Shown: positions 40,355 to 49,377 of the stretch, piece after piece
Numbering within the stretch: the first letter of the stretch is position 1
Layout: every line of letters begins with the position of its first letter
Assembly: GCA_964619815.1 (NCBI GenBank)
Contig: CAZUGK010000001.1
Span: 22,878 to 83,793 of the forward strand
DNA: 60,916 nt
Source of the DNA: an uncultured Clostridiaceae bacterium
Lineage (GTDB): Bacteria; Bacillota; Clostridia; Lutisporales; Lutisporaceae
Direction of reading: 5' to 3'
The notes under the pieces: generated by a model
What the model saw: the letters and a program-made list of their open reading frames with translations, nothing else
The model's database searches: none
What the model was told of the DNA's origin: nothing
Position numbers and translations under genes: made by a program

Positions 40355-40461
40355 GAGTCACTAGTCACTAGTAGCCAGACACTAGAATTTAGGCAGAGCT
40401 TCGAAGGCATTGCTTAATCTAGAGACTAGAGACTAGGAACTAGAGACTGGAGACTAGTTAG
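40355..40461 (+). repeat. Heptamer-arm hairpin element with CTTCGAAGG core (copy C), inside the ornithine operon
   Basis: 5' arm GAGTCAC TAGTCAC TAGTAGC CAGACAC TAGAA (40355-40387). Core AGCTTCGAAGGCATTGCTTAATC (40397-40419). 3' arm TAGAGAC TAGAGAC TAGGAAC TAGAGAC TGGAGAC TAG (40420-40457). By hand, 23 of 32 arm positions pair. Confidence 0.7.
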
Positions 40462-40476
40462 GAGGTGAGGTGAATT

Positions 40477-41538
40477 ATGAGTTATCCTGCTATAAGAGTT
40501 GATTTGAAAAAGCTTACGCACAACACTAAAGTGTTGGTGGAGAAGTGCGGCAGGCTTGGAATTGATATAGTACCCGTAACAAAGGTATACTGCGGAATGC
40601 CGGAAATAGCCAGGGCATCTGTAGCTGCCGGAGTAAAAATGCTTGCTGACTCAAGAATTGAGAATATCATCAAGCTGAAGGGTCTGGATGTGACTAAGGT
40701 GCTGCTTAGGATTCCGATGCTGTCGCAGGTTGATGAAATAGTTGAGCATGTAGATATCAGTCTTAACTCAGAGTATAAAGTGATAAAAGCCCTCTCCGAT
40801 AGGGCACAGGAAAAGGGGAAGGTTCATAAGATAGTACTTATGGTAGACCTTGGCGACCTTAGAGAAGGGGTTTGGTACGAGACAGCAGTTGAATTTGCAG
40901 GAAGAATAATGGAGCTGCAGGGCGTAAGGCTTGTAGGAGTAGGAACGAATCTTACCTGCTACGGAGCGGTTATTCCAAGCAGGAAGAACCTTGGCCAGCT
41001 GGTTGCTGTAGCAGAGGAGATTGAAAAAAAATATAATGTCAAGCTGGATATAATCTCCGGAGGAAACTCAAGCAGCATACACCTTATAGAAAAGAATGAG
41101 GTTCCGCAAAGAGTCAACCAGCTAAGACTTGGTGAAGCGATAGTACTGGGGAATGAAACTGCATACGGGGAAAGAATAGAAGGTACTCATGCCGACGTAT
41201 TCACATATATGGCTGAAATAATAGAGCTTAAGGAAAAGCCCTCCGTTCCCACAGGAGAGACAGGAGTTGACGCTTTCGGCGAGAAACCGGTATTTACTGA
41301 CAGAGGCATCAGGAAAAGAGCCATTCTGGCTTCCGGAAGGCAGGACCTGAAGGTAGACGGCATAACGCCCAGAGACAAGGCTGCAATCGTAATAGGAGCC
41401 AGCAGCGATCATTTGATTGTTGACGTAAGCGACTGCGGGAAGGAGTACCAGGTAGGAGACATAATGGAGTTTGACATGAGCTATGGTGCATTGCTTGCAG
41501 CCTTCACATCAGAGTATGTGGATAAGGTAATAGAATAA
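40477..41538 (+). CDS. orr: Ornithine racemase (alanine racemase-fold PLP enzyme)
   Basis: 353 aa. N-terminal PLP-barrel with VPVTKV (Lys), YhfX/alanine racemase N-terminal-domain type. Position at the end of the ord-ort-ora cluster. Confidence 0.78.
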   Translation: MSYPAIRVDLKKLTHNTKVLVEKCGRLGIDIVPVTKVYCGMPEIARASVAAGVKMLADSRIENIIKLKGLDVTKVLLRIPMLSQVDEIVEHVDISLNSEYKVIKALSDRAQEKGKVHKIVLMVDLGDLREGVWYETAVEFAGRIMELQGVRLVGVGTNLTCYGAVIPSRKNLGQLVAVAEEIEKKYNVKLDIISGGNSSSIHLIEKNEVPQRVNQLRLGEAIVLGNETAYGERIEGTHADVFTYMAEIIELKEKPSVPTGETGVDAFGEKPVFTDRGIRKRAILASGRQDLKVDGITPRDKAAIVIGASSDHLIVDVSDCGKEYQVGDIMEFDMSYGALLAAFTSEYVDKVIE

Positions 41539-41551
41539 GCTATTTGAGTAA

Positions 41552-41578
41552 GCGGAGGGAAAAACCTCTGCTTTTTTT
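41552..41578 (+). terminator. Rho-independent terminator after orr
   Basis: GCGGAGG (41552-41558) / CCTCTGC (41565-41571), followed by T7. Confidence 0.8.
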
Positions 41579-41622
41579 ATCTTTAACTTTACCACTATTT
41601 GTTATACAATGTAACTTAGGAG

Positions 41623-43482
41623 GTGAGGGCACATTTGAGAAAAAGGATTGCAGTTCCGGCGATATTTCTGATTATATGTGCGTTGCTGGTCACCGTAAGT
41701 GCATATTGCGACGAGGATAGAAGCTACTACATGAGCAGCTTCAGGGTAAATGTACAGTTGGACAGCTTGGGGAATATGGATATCATGGAGAAAATAACCT
41801 ATGAGTTCGACGGCAGCTTCAGAGGTGTGTACAGGACGATCAAGACAGCAGGAAGTGACGGCTTAGACGCTATTGAGGTTTATAGGCTTCAGAACGGAGA
41901 GACGGTGCAGCTTACAAATGACAACTCCGAAAGGGAAGACACTTTTCAGTTGATAGATGAAGACAATGGCATAATGTTGAAAATATTCTCTGCAGCAAAA
42001 GATGCCAGCAGGACCTTTATCATAAAATACAGGGTTATAAACGCAGCGGTAAAGTACAATGATATTGGAGAGCTTTACTGGCAGTTTATGGGCAAAGACA
42101 CGGATGTGCTAATCGAGAACTTTGACTTGAAAATTACACTTCCGGAAGGAGCAGGCAAAGAGCAGATAAAAATCTTCGGACACGGTCCTCTATCCGGGGT
42201 ATCGGAAATAATCGATTCTCAAAATGTGAGCTTCAAGGTTGAAAAGCTTCCGCCTCACAACTTTGTTGAAGCAAGAGTGCTTTTTCCCAAAAGCCTTATT
42301 GAAGCTTCGACGAATACAGTGAAAGAGGCTGCCTTTGACAGGATAATGTCTGAGGAAAAGGGTTTTGCCGGCGAGGCTAATGCAAGAAGGGCGAGAGCAA
42401 GGGCAGCTGTTGGATTTTCACTGGTTTACGCATTATTTGAACTGTTGATGATTGCATATTTGTATTTCAAATACGATAAAGAATACAAGACAAAATTCAT
42501 GGGGCAGTATTTCAGGGAGCTTCCGGGAAATTACTCACCTGCAGTCCTCTCGGTGCTTTGGAATTTCGGATATGTGGAACCTAGGGACATTACTGCTACA
42601 TTAATGGATCTGGTAAGACGGAAATACTTAAAGCTCATAGTCGAACAGCAGGAAAACGGTGGGCTTTTTAAGAAAAGTATTGAAAATGAATATATCTTTG
42701 AGTTGAACAAGGAAGCTGACATGGAAGCTCTTTCTTCTCATGAGAAGCATCTTGTCAAATGGCTGGTATCAAAAAACGGACAGGTTGAAAGGGTATCACT
42801 TAATGATATCGAAAAGGCCGCCAAAACCCAAAAAGGAGCGGAAAGATTCAAAGAAGATTATGATACATGGGTTGATTATGTGAAAGCTGAAGCAGATGGA
42901 TTATCCTTCTTTGACAAAAATTCTCTGAAGGGCAAGATCTTCGGTATTGTTTTCGCTTTGGCAGGGCTTGCATATGGATTCTATACAGCCATACTTCATG
43001 GAAATACAGTCGGATTTGTTTTGCTGCTGGTTGTTTCATTCATACTTATAATATACTGTTTGATTATACGAAGAAGGTCAAGATATGGTGCTGAACAGTT
43101 CAAGATGTGGAAGGCTTTCAGGAGATTCCTCAAACATTTCAGCAGGCTTGATAAGGCAGATTTGCCTGCAGTGACCCTTTGGGAGCATTACCTTGTATAT
43201 GCAATTACCTTGGGAGTGGCAAAGGAGGTCATAAAGCAGTTGAGACTTGTTTTCAGCGAAGAAGATTTCAAAAATTCGGCTCTGACATATATGTACTATG
43301 GGCATTATGGTCATAATTACAACCATTTTGATACCATAGACAATGTTACAAATGCAATGGTGAAGACAACGGAATCCGTATATACGGAAGCAATGTCAAA
43401 AATGTCCTCAAGCAGCGGAGGGGGAGGAGGCTTCTCCGGCGGCGGAGGCGGAGGCGGTGGAGGCGGAGCCGGTGCATTTTAG
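41623..43482 (+). CDS. DUF2207 domain membrane protein with Gly-rich C-terminal tail
   Basis: 619 aa. Signal/TM, extracellular beta-rich domain, 3 TM segments, and the terminal SSSGGGGGFSGGGGGGGGGGAGAF typical of DUF2207. Paired with LemA, as is usual. Confidence 0.75.
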   Translation: MRAHLRKRIAVPAIFLIICALLVTVSAYCDEDRSYYMSSFRVNVQLDSLGNMDIMEKITYEFDGSFRGVYRTIKTAGSDGLDAIEVYRLQNGETVQLTNDNSEREDTFQLIDEDNGIMLKIFSAAKDASRTFIIKYRVINAAVKYNDIGELYWQFMGKDTDVLIENFDLKITLPEGAGKEQIKIFGHGPLSGVSEIIDSQNVSFKVEKLPPHNFVEARVLFPKSLIEASTNTVKEAAFDRIMSEEKGFAGEANARRARARAAVGFSLVYALFELLMIAYLYFKYDKEYKTKFMGQYFRELPGNYSPAVLSVLWNFGYVEPRDITATLMDLVRRKYLKLIVEQQENGGLFKKSIENEYIFELNKEADMEALSSHEKHLVKWLVSKNGQVERVSLNDIEKAAKTQKGAERFKEDYDTWVDYVKAEADGLSFFDKNSLKGKIFGIVFALAGLAYGFYTAILHGNTVGFVLLLVVSFILIIYCLIIRRRSRYGAEQFKMWKAFRRFLKHFSRLDKADLPAVTLWEHYLVYAITLGVAKEVIKQLRLVFSEEDFKNSALTYMYYGHYGHNYNHFDTIDNVTNAMVKTTESVYTEAMSKMSSSSGGGGGFSGGGGGGGGGGAGAF

Positions 43483-43525
43483 CCGCTGATTTATAATACC
43501 AGGGAGTTATGAAGGAGGTAGTAAA

Positions 43526-44092
43526 TTGACTACAATTATTATCATTGTTGTACTGTTGCTGCTTGTATTGTTTGTAATCAGCATTTACAACAATCTTGTC
43601 GCAAAGAGAAACAGGGTCAGAAATGCATGGGCGCAAATAGATGTGCAGCTAAAGAAAAGATTTGACCTGATACCGAACCTTGTTGAAACGGTGAAGGGCT
43701 ATGCTAAGCATGAAGCAGGTACTATGGAAGCGATTGTCAAGGCCAGGAACCAGTATATAAGCGCAGGTACTCCCCAGGAAATGATGAAAGCAAATACCGA
43801 AATGACAGGGGCACTGAGCAGATTGTTCGCACTGGCTGAAAGCTATCCGGATTTGAAAGCGAATAGCAACTTCATGGAGCTTCAGAGGGAATTGACGGAT
43901 GTGGAGGAGAAGATAGCCTACGCAAGACAGTTCTACAATGATACGGTAATGATGTACAACAATGCAATACAGATGGTTCCTTCAAACATAGTCGCGAATA
44001 TGACCGGCTTCAAGGCAGAGCCGTTCTTCAAGGCAGAGCCGTTCTTCAAGGCAGATGAAACTGAAAAGCAGAATGTGAAGGTGCAGTTTTAA
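43526..44092 (+). CDS. lemA: LemA family protein
   Basis: N-terminal TM, then [43 protein letters not shown], the LemA signature. Contains an in-frame 18-bp tandem duplication near the 3' end. Confidence 0.88.
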   Translation: MTTIIIIVVLLLLVLFVISIYNNLVAKRNRVRNAWAQIDVQLKKRFDLIPNLVETVKGYAKHEAGTMEAIVKARNQYISAGTPQEMMKANTEMTGALSRLFALAESYPDLKANSNFMELQRELTDVEEKIAYARQFYNDTVMMYNNAIQMVPSNIVANMTGFKAEPFFKAEPFFKADETEKQNVKVQF

Positions 44093-44121
44093 CCATACAT
44101 ACTAAGGAGTAGTTAGTTACT

Positions 44122-45471
44122 ATGAAAAATGACATGTACAGCTTATTTGATTTGAACAGGGAGCAGGAGATGAAGAAGGAGAGTCCTCTTGCCATGAGAA
44201 TGAGGCCGGAGACCCTTGAGGATTTTGTCGGACAGGAGGATATTGTCGCTCCGGGGAAGCTGCTTTATCGTGCAATAAAAGCCGATAAACTGACCTCCCT
44301 GATTTTTTTCGGCCCGCCCGGTACAGGCAAGACTACCTTGGCAAAAATAATAGCAAACACTACCAAGTCATACTTTGAACAGCTTAATGCGGTAACCTCG
44401 GGAGTAGCAGATATACGAAGAGTAGTGGAGGATGCAAAAAACCGTAAAGGCATGTACAGCCAGAAAACCATTTTATTCATAGACGAAATACACCGTTTCA
44501 ATAAGTCGCAGCAGGATGCAATGCTGCCATATGTAGAGGATGGTACGGTCATATTGATCGGAGCAACAACAGAAAATCCATATTTTGAGGTGAACGACGC
44601 CCTTATTTCCAGGTCTACTATTTTCAGGCTCAAGCCTCTTACAGAAGAGAATATAAAAGAATTGGTAAGAAAATGTATTGCTGATGAAAAGAAAGGGCTT
44701 GGCTCATATAATATAATCATAACAGAAGAAGCCATGACGCATATAGCCAATATTGCAAACGGGGATGCCAGGGCAGCGCTTAATGCTGTTGAACTGGCTG
44801 CACTGACGACAGAAAGAGGCAGTGACGGCAAGATACATATAGATCTGAAGACTGCAGAGGAATGTATACAGAAAAGAGCCGTGAACTATGAAAAGAAGGG
44901 TGAAAACCACTATGATACCATATCAGCCTTCATAAAAAGCATGAGAGGATCAGACCCTGATGCTGTGCTTCATTACCTTGCAAAGATGCTTTATGCAGGT
45001 GAAGATCCCAAGTTTATTGCAAGAAGGATAATGATATGTTCATCCGAAGATGTGGGAAATGCAGATCCAAATGCACTGGTTGTGGCAGCCGCAGCAGCAA
45101 ATGCCGTCCAGATGATAGGCATGCCGGAGGCGAGGATTATTCTTTCCCAGGCAGCCTTATATGTAGCATGCGCGCCGAAGAGCAATTCGTCAGAGGCAGG
45201 AATTAACAAAGCTATGAAGGACGTAGAAAACAAGAGAACGGGTGCCGTACCGCTGCACCTGAGAAATGATGCCTTCAAAGGAGCAAAGGAATGGGGGTAC
45301 GGCATAGAATATAAATACCCTCACAGCTATGAGGGCAACTATGTAGAACAGCAGTACCTGCCTGACGAGATAAAGGATGCACAGTACTATTTTCCATCGG
45401 ACAACGGTTATGAAAGAAAGGTAAAAGAATATCTGAATTCAAGAGTAAATGCAAGCAACAAAAGAAAATAG
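44122..45471 (+). CDS. rarA: Replication-associated recombination protein A (AAA ATPase RarA/MgsA)
   Basis: LAMRMRPETLEDFVGQ..., [39 protein letters not shown], and a MgsA C-terminal domain (HYD.ISAFIKSMRGSDPDA). Confidence 0.93.
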   Translation: MKNDMYSLFDLNREQEMKKESPLAMRMRPETLEDFVGQEDIVAPGKLLYRAIKADKLTSLIFFGPPGTGKTTLAKIIANTTKSYFEQLNAVTSGVADIRRVVEDAKNRKGMYSQKTILFIDEIHRFNKSQQDAMLPYVEDGTVILIGATTENPYFEVNDALISRSTIFRLKPLTEENIKELVRKCIADEKKGLGSYNIIITEEAMTHIANIANGDARAALNAVELAALTTERGSDGKIHIDLKTAEECIQKRAVNYEKKGENHYDTISAFIKSMRGSDPDAVLHYLAKMLYAGEDPKFIARRIMICSSEDVGNADPNALVVAAAAANAVQMIGMPEARIILSQAALYVACAPKSNSSEAGINKAMKDVENKRTGAVPLHLRNDAFKGAKEWGYGIEYKYPHSYEGNYVEQQYLPDEIKDAQYYFPSDNGYERKVKEYLNSRVNASNKRK

Positions 45472-45478
45472 TAAGGTT

Positions 45479-45511
45479 TCAGTTGGCAGACAAGGTTTGT
45501 CTGCCAACTGA
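45479..45511. terminator. Bidirectional terminator hairpin between convergent genes
   Basis: TCAGTTGGCAGACA (45479-45492) / TGTCTGCCAACTGA (45498-45511), perfect 14-bp stem. Confidence 0.75.
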
Positions 45512-45525
45512 AAGATAGGAGAATC

Positions 45526-47103
45526 CTACTTAAAGAATTCTCCTATCTTTTTAAACAGGCTGTTATATTTGTATGGTGCATTGCTATCCTCGTCTACTAC
45601 CTCCCCGGCAATCTGTGAGGTCTTTTTTCCCGAACCTGAAAATGCCTGCTTTCCATTTCCTGCTGTCTCAATATTTGCTTCATTTTCCTTGGAGAGCTCA
45701 CCGGATGCTGCATTGACGCCAGGCCTGCCTACGTAGGTAGTTATATGCTCCTGATTTAACAACAGAGTTTCATAATTAGGTAGCTTTTCACTTTTCATGA
45801 ATTTTTCCTTGAAATTGCTTTTTTTAAGCGGTGCCATATCCAAGATGCCATTTAAAGCAGGCTTTGGCTTTGCCGGGAAGAGTTCTTTCATCTCTGCCTC
45901 AGGAGCTTTCTGAACAAAGGTTTTGCTCTCAAGGTTATCAATCCGGCTATTCAATAGTTGGACATTCTCTGACAGACCTTTTATTTCATTAAGAATCTGT
46001 TTCAAATAGTCATTCATTTCAGTTGAAACCTCAGCCTGGGGCTTTTCTTTCTGTTTATCCTCTGCGGCAATTTTTGTTGTATGCTCCAGGGGTCTTAATA
46101 TATTGTAATCCTTGTCAAGTATGAAGTATCCTTTTGATATTGCAATAGAGCCTGTATTTCGTATGCATTTGATCACTCGTATATTGGTTTCTGCTGTTAT
46201 AGGCAGATCAATAGCTTTTTTCCATTTGCCGGAGGAATCCTCAAGGGTGTACTGATGAAAGACATAGTCTTTTATCCATGCAAGCTGCAGGGATTTATCA
46301 TCGGCGTAGAACAAGGGTATTACGCCACCGGTATCAACAAGAGAATTGTTCAGTTCCTTAAAATCTATTTCACTGCTTCCTGAAGACTTGCTCAAGAAAT
46401 GATGAATATTGCTTGCTTCACTTTCATTGGAAAAACTGAGCAGGTTAATTTTCTTATTATGGCTTATAAGTTTAATGGATACCTGGTTTTTGTAAGAAAT
46501 GTTCAGGCTCTTGTGAATCCATGACTTGATTGAGTCATCGAAACAATAATAGTTAATATAGTATAGGGTTCCGTCATACCAAACACTTGCGTAATGTATG
46601 CTGCCGCCTTTTAAGGGAAGTATGGAAAAAGAGCTTTCAATATTCTGCGAGTATATTTCAGATAAGCTGTTCTTTCTCCAGGAATACTCTATATAAGGAA
46701 CTTGCTCGTTAATATTCTTGTGGATGTGATATACGTTGTACATATTGGCGACAGGCAGCTTTTTTGAAAAAAATATATGTATGGAGCCGTTCTGTACTAC
46801 CATATCCATAATATATATATTGGCGCTGTTGTGTTGATTTACAACAGCTTCAAATTTCCAGCCGGAATTGGTATATATAAAAAGCAGAATCCCCTTGTAC
46901 CTGCTGCTGCAAGCAAGATAAACCGCATCATCTGTGTCAATAGCTGCTGCGAAGTCGGCATTGGCCTGGCTTATGAGTATGGTATCCTTTGTATCTCCGG
47001 CGCCGGAAACCTCTCTGTAATATATGGAGGTATCCTTGTAATAGAACAAATACTTGCTGCCTTTAGAATCCTCCAGTATTATTGATGGCTTTATATCTAT
47101 CAT
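45526..47103 (-). CDS. Hypothetical 525-aa protein (beta-rich N-terminal ~340 aa, coiled-coil, low-complexity tail)
   Basis: Good RBS (GGGTGGTG) before ATG. No signal peptide or TM. Central coiled-coil NDYLKQILNEIKGLSENVQLLNSRIDNLESK. No family recognised. Confidence 0.6.
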   Translation of the reverse strand: MIDIKPSIILEDSKGSKYLFYYKDTSIYYREVSGAGDTKDTILISQANADFAAAIDTDDAVYLACSSRYKGILLFIYTNSGWKFEAVVNQHNSANIYIMDMVVQNGSIHIFFSKKLPVANMYNVYHIHKNINEQVPYIEYSWRKNSLSEIYSQNIESSFSILPLKGGSIHYASVWYDGTLYYINYYCFDDSIKSWIHKSLNISYKNQVSIKLISHNKKINLLSFSNESEASNIHHFLSKSSGSSEIDFKELNNSLVDTGGVIPLFYADDKSLQLAWIKDYVFHQYTLEDSSGKWKKAIDLPITAETNIRVIKCIRNTGSIAISKGYFILDKDYNILRPLEHTTKIAAEDKQKEKPQAEVSTEMNDYLKQILNEIKGLSENVQLLNSRIDNLESKTFVQKAPEAEMKELFPAKPKPALNGILDMAPLKKSNFKEKFMKSEKLPNYETLLLNQEHITTYVGRPGVNAASGELSKENEANIETAGNGKQAFSGSGKKTSQIAGEVVDEDSNAPYKYNSLFKKIGEFFK

Positions 47104-47212
47104 GCAATCACCACCCTATAGTTTTTCGCATTATATATAATATATGGGTTTGTTCATGGGTATATGATAGTGATTGATTTTGTAAATTATAAATTTTTAT
47201 ATTAACTTGGTC

Positions 47213-47240
47213 ACAAAAATAACAGCAAATCCATATTATA
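47213..47240 (+). promoter_or_regulatory. Sigma-K-like (late mother-cell) promoter candidate
   Basis: AC (47213-47214), 17 nt, CATATTATA (47232-47240) fits AC-N16/17-CATANNNTA. About 40 nt upstream of ATG 47283. Confidence 0.35.
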
Positions 47241-47282
47241 AAATAGGCAGCAAAGTAATTAATATATTAGGAAGGTGAGATT

Positions 47283-48047
47283 ATGCAAAACAGTAATATT
47301 ACATTACCAACTGTATTATGTGCAGGAACTACCAAGGTAGAAGTTAATGTAGGCGGAAGAACTGAAAGTAAAGATTTGATATTTGAGTGCATAAAGGTAA
47401 AGAAGGTATTTGACGAATTTGTATTAAGAGATTGTGTTGAAGGCATTAAGTTCAAGGTGTGCGGGGATCCACACGGAGGAGAAATAGTACCGTCCTTGAT
47501 ACTTAGAAACTGCAAGCTTAGCAATGTAGAAATCAAGGATGTATCTTCCAACACGGAAAAAAGGCTCAAGTTCTCGGCAAAGTGCTGCTGTGATGTATTT
47601 GGAAAGGATGAAAGAGGACACATTATAAGGCTCGAGGTGCTTGATGTACCTGAGGGTACTAATCTGTCAGAGGGACCCGGCGGAGAACTTTGCTTTACCT
47701 TCAGTGTGAGAAGAACTTATACCAATGTAACAGAGGAAAACTTTGAAAGATTGCTGCATTTCCTTGATCAGGAAAGATTTGAGCTACAGTGCCTCGGGGA
47801 AGCAATGATTGACGAGGATAATAATAGAACTACCGGTGAAATACTGATTACAAACCTGGGCGCATTCATAGCAATTAAATTTGATGCGGAAGTTCAGCTT
47901 TGTGTTCCTGTGTTGGGCTACTGCGCAATAGAGGAAGATGTTGCACCTATAGAAGTAAACTTCTGCGAAGAGTTTGAATTTGAGGATGTTCCCTCCTTTA
48001 ACCCTCCGCAGCTAGGAATGCCTATTCCTCCATATACAACCGGTTAA
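47283..48047 (+). CDS. Hypothetical Cys-rich 254-aa protein (possible spore coat/exosporium component)
   Basis: RBS AGGAAGGTGAG. 13 Cys including a CCC triplet, an acidic C-terminus, and no signal peptide or TM. No family recognised. Confidence 0.6.
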   Translation: MQNSNITLPTVLCAGTTKVEVNVGGRTESKDLIFECIKVKKVFDEFVLRDCVEGIKFKVCGDPHGGEIVPSLILRNCKLSNVEIKDVSSNTEKRLKFSAKCCCDVFGKDERGHIIRLEVLDVPEGTNLSEGPGGELCFTFSVRRTYTNVTEENFERLLHFLDQERFELQCLGEAMIDEDNNRTTGEILITNLGAFIAIKFDAEVQLCVPVLGYCAIEEDVAPIEVNFCEEFEFEDVPSFNPPQLGMPIPPYTTG

Positions 48048-48056
48048 CAGCCTGCT

Positions 48057-48257
48057 ATGATTAATGGGGATATGAAAATAAAGGAAATCATAAGAAGATA
48101 TCCGTGTGCAAAAAGAGTGTTGAAGCACTATGATTTGCTCTCGGCAGGCTGCAGCTGAGCAGGGTGTCCGGATAGGACACTCAGGCAGGCTGCCGAGTCG
48201 AGAGGAGTCGAATTGAATAAGTTAATGAAATTATTGAATAACAAGATCAAGGGCTAG
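48057..48257 (+). CDS. DUF1858-type small redox-disulfide protein with in-frame TGA at 48156-48158 (candidate Sec codon, otherwise a pseudogene)
   Basis: Not in the ORF track. ATG 48057 gives MINGDMKIKEIIRRYPCAKRVLKHYDLLSAGCS, then TGA, then in the same frame AGCPDRTLRQAAESRGVELNKLMKLLNNKIKG and TAG 48255. Hairpin GGGTGTCC-GGATA-GGACACTC at 48162-48182. Confidence 0.55.
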
Positions 48258-48373
48258 TATTCTCACTGGCCTTGGTCTTTTTTTGCACAATTCAAGTAAC
48301 TTGTCACAGCAGAAAAGCATATTGTGAAATTGAGAGTAGGTTGAATAGCTCGGAGAAGGAGGCAGTACACCAT

Positions 48374-49327
48374 ATGACACACTATTACTACACAGTTGCA
48401 AGCAAGGAATATACTTATAAAATATTGCTCCTGTATAATTCTTTGATGAGGTATGATAAGTCCTTCAAGTTTTTTATAGTCTGCCTGCAAAGTGAAAGCA
48501 TTAAAATTTTCAAGGACCTGGGCCTTCAAAATGCAGTGCTGATAGATATTGAGGCTTTGGAGGCTTATGACGGGGAGCTTGCCGCAGTAAAGCATAAAAG
48601 AAGTCTTAAGCAGTATGCATGGGCTGCAAAGCCTGTTGCGGCTTTATATATACTGGAGCATTACAATGAGGTGGATCAAATAATATGGCTTGATGGAGAC
48701 ACATTGTTCCTATCTTCACCGGAGCAAATTTACGAGGAGTGGGCGGACTATTCCGTACTGCTTACCGAAGAGAAATTTACCGGAAAATACGCTAATATAA
48801 GCAGCATATATGGTTACTTCAATACAGGGTTTATGGGATTCAAACGAGATGAAAATTCAAAGGAGTGTCTGAGATACTTCAGAGATAAGCTGCTTCATGA
48901 ATGGAATTATGAAGAAAAGGAGCAGTACAGGTGGAACGACCAGCTTTATGTAAGTGATTGGGATAAGAGATTTACAAATATAGGAATTGTAAAGAATCCG
49001 GGTATTAACCTTACCCCTTTTATTTTTAACAGGCTGATAGAGGAATGGAACGGTGTGCTGAACAGAAAAGACGGACAGCTTTATATCGGTGACAATATAA
49101 TAGTGCTTTATCATTTCTATGGTTTTATAAACTTTAATGACAGAGAATTTGATTTGTGCCGGTACACAAACATTTACCACAGACCCCAAATACAGCATAT
49201 CTACCTGCCATATATAAAAGAAGCAGTAAATATAAATAATAAATTAATAGCATTGGATAAAGACTTCTGCATCACACATCCGGTAGAAGGCATCTATATA
49301 AATAATTACTACAAACTCTCAGATTAG
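48374..49327 (+). CDS. GT-A-fold glycosyltransferase-like protein (one copy of the locus-specific domain)
   Basis: ATG 48374 lies after GGAGAAGGAGG. WLDGDT (DxD), YAWAAKP, NTGFMGFKRD. Paralogous to 49378, 50340 and 54676. Soluble. Confidence 0.68.
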   Translation: MTHYYYTVASKEYTYKILLLYNSLMRYDKSFKFFIVCLQSESIKIFKDLGLQNAVLIDIEALEAYDGELAAVKHKRSLKQYAWAAKPVAALYILEHYNEVDQIIWLDGDTLFLSSPEQIYEEWADYSVLLTEEKFTGKYANISSIYGYFNTGFMGFKRDENSKECLRYFRDKLLHEWNYEEKEQYRWNDQLYVSDWDKRFTNIGIVKNPGINLTPFIFNRLIEEWNGVLNRKDGQLYIGDNIIVLYHFYGFINFNDREFDLCRYTNIYHRPQIQHIYLPYIKEAVNINNKLIALDKDFCITHPVEGIYINNYYKLSD

Positions 49328-49377
49328 GCATCAATAAAGAAATAGCAGTAAATTAACACCACAAGGGGGTATTCCTA

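Noticed and set aside
43411-43479. GGC/GGA-rich repeat at the end of the DUF2207 gene
   Set aside because: It encodes the poly-Gly tail that is characteristic of DUF2207 proteins. It is not an independent DNA repeat feature.
47138-47146. Sigma-K-like -10 (CATATATTA on the minus strand) for the 525-aa gene
   Set aside because: No AC dinucleotide lies 16-17 nt upstream, and the region is so AT-rich that such a word is expected by chance.
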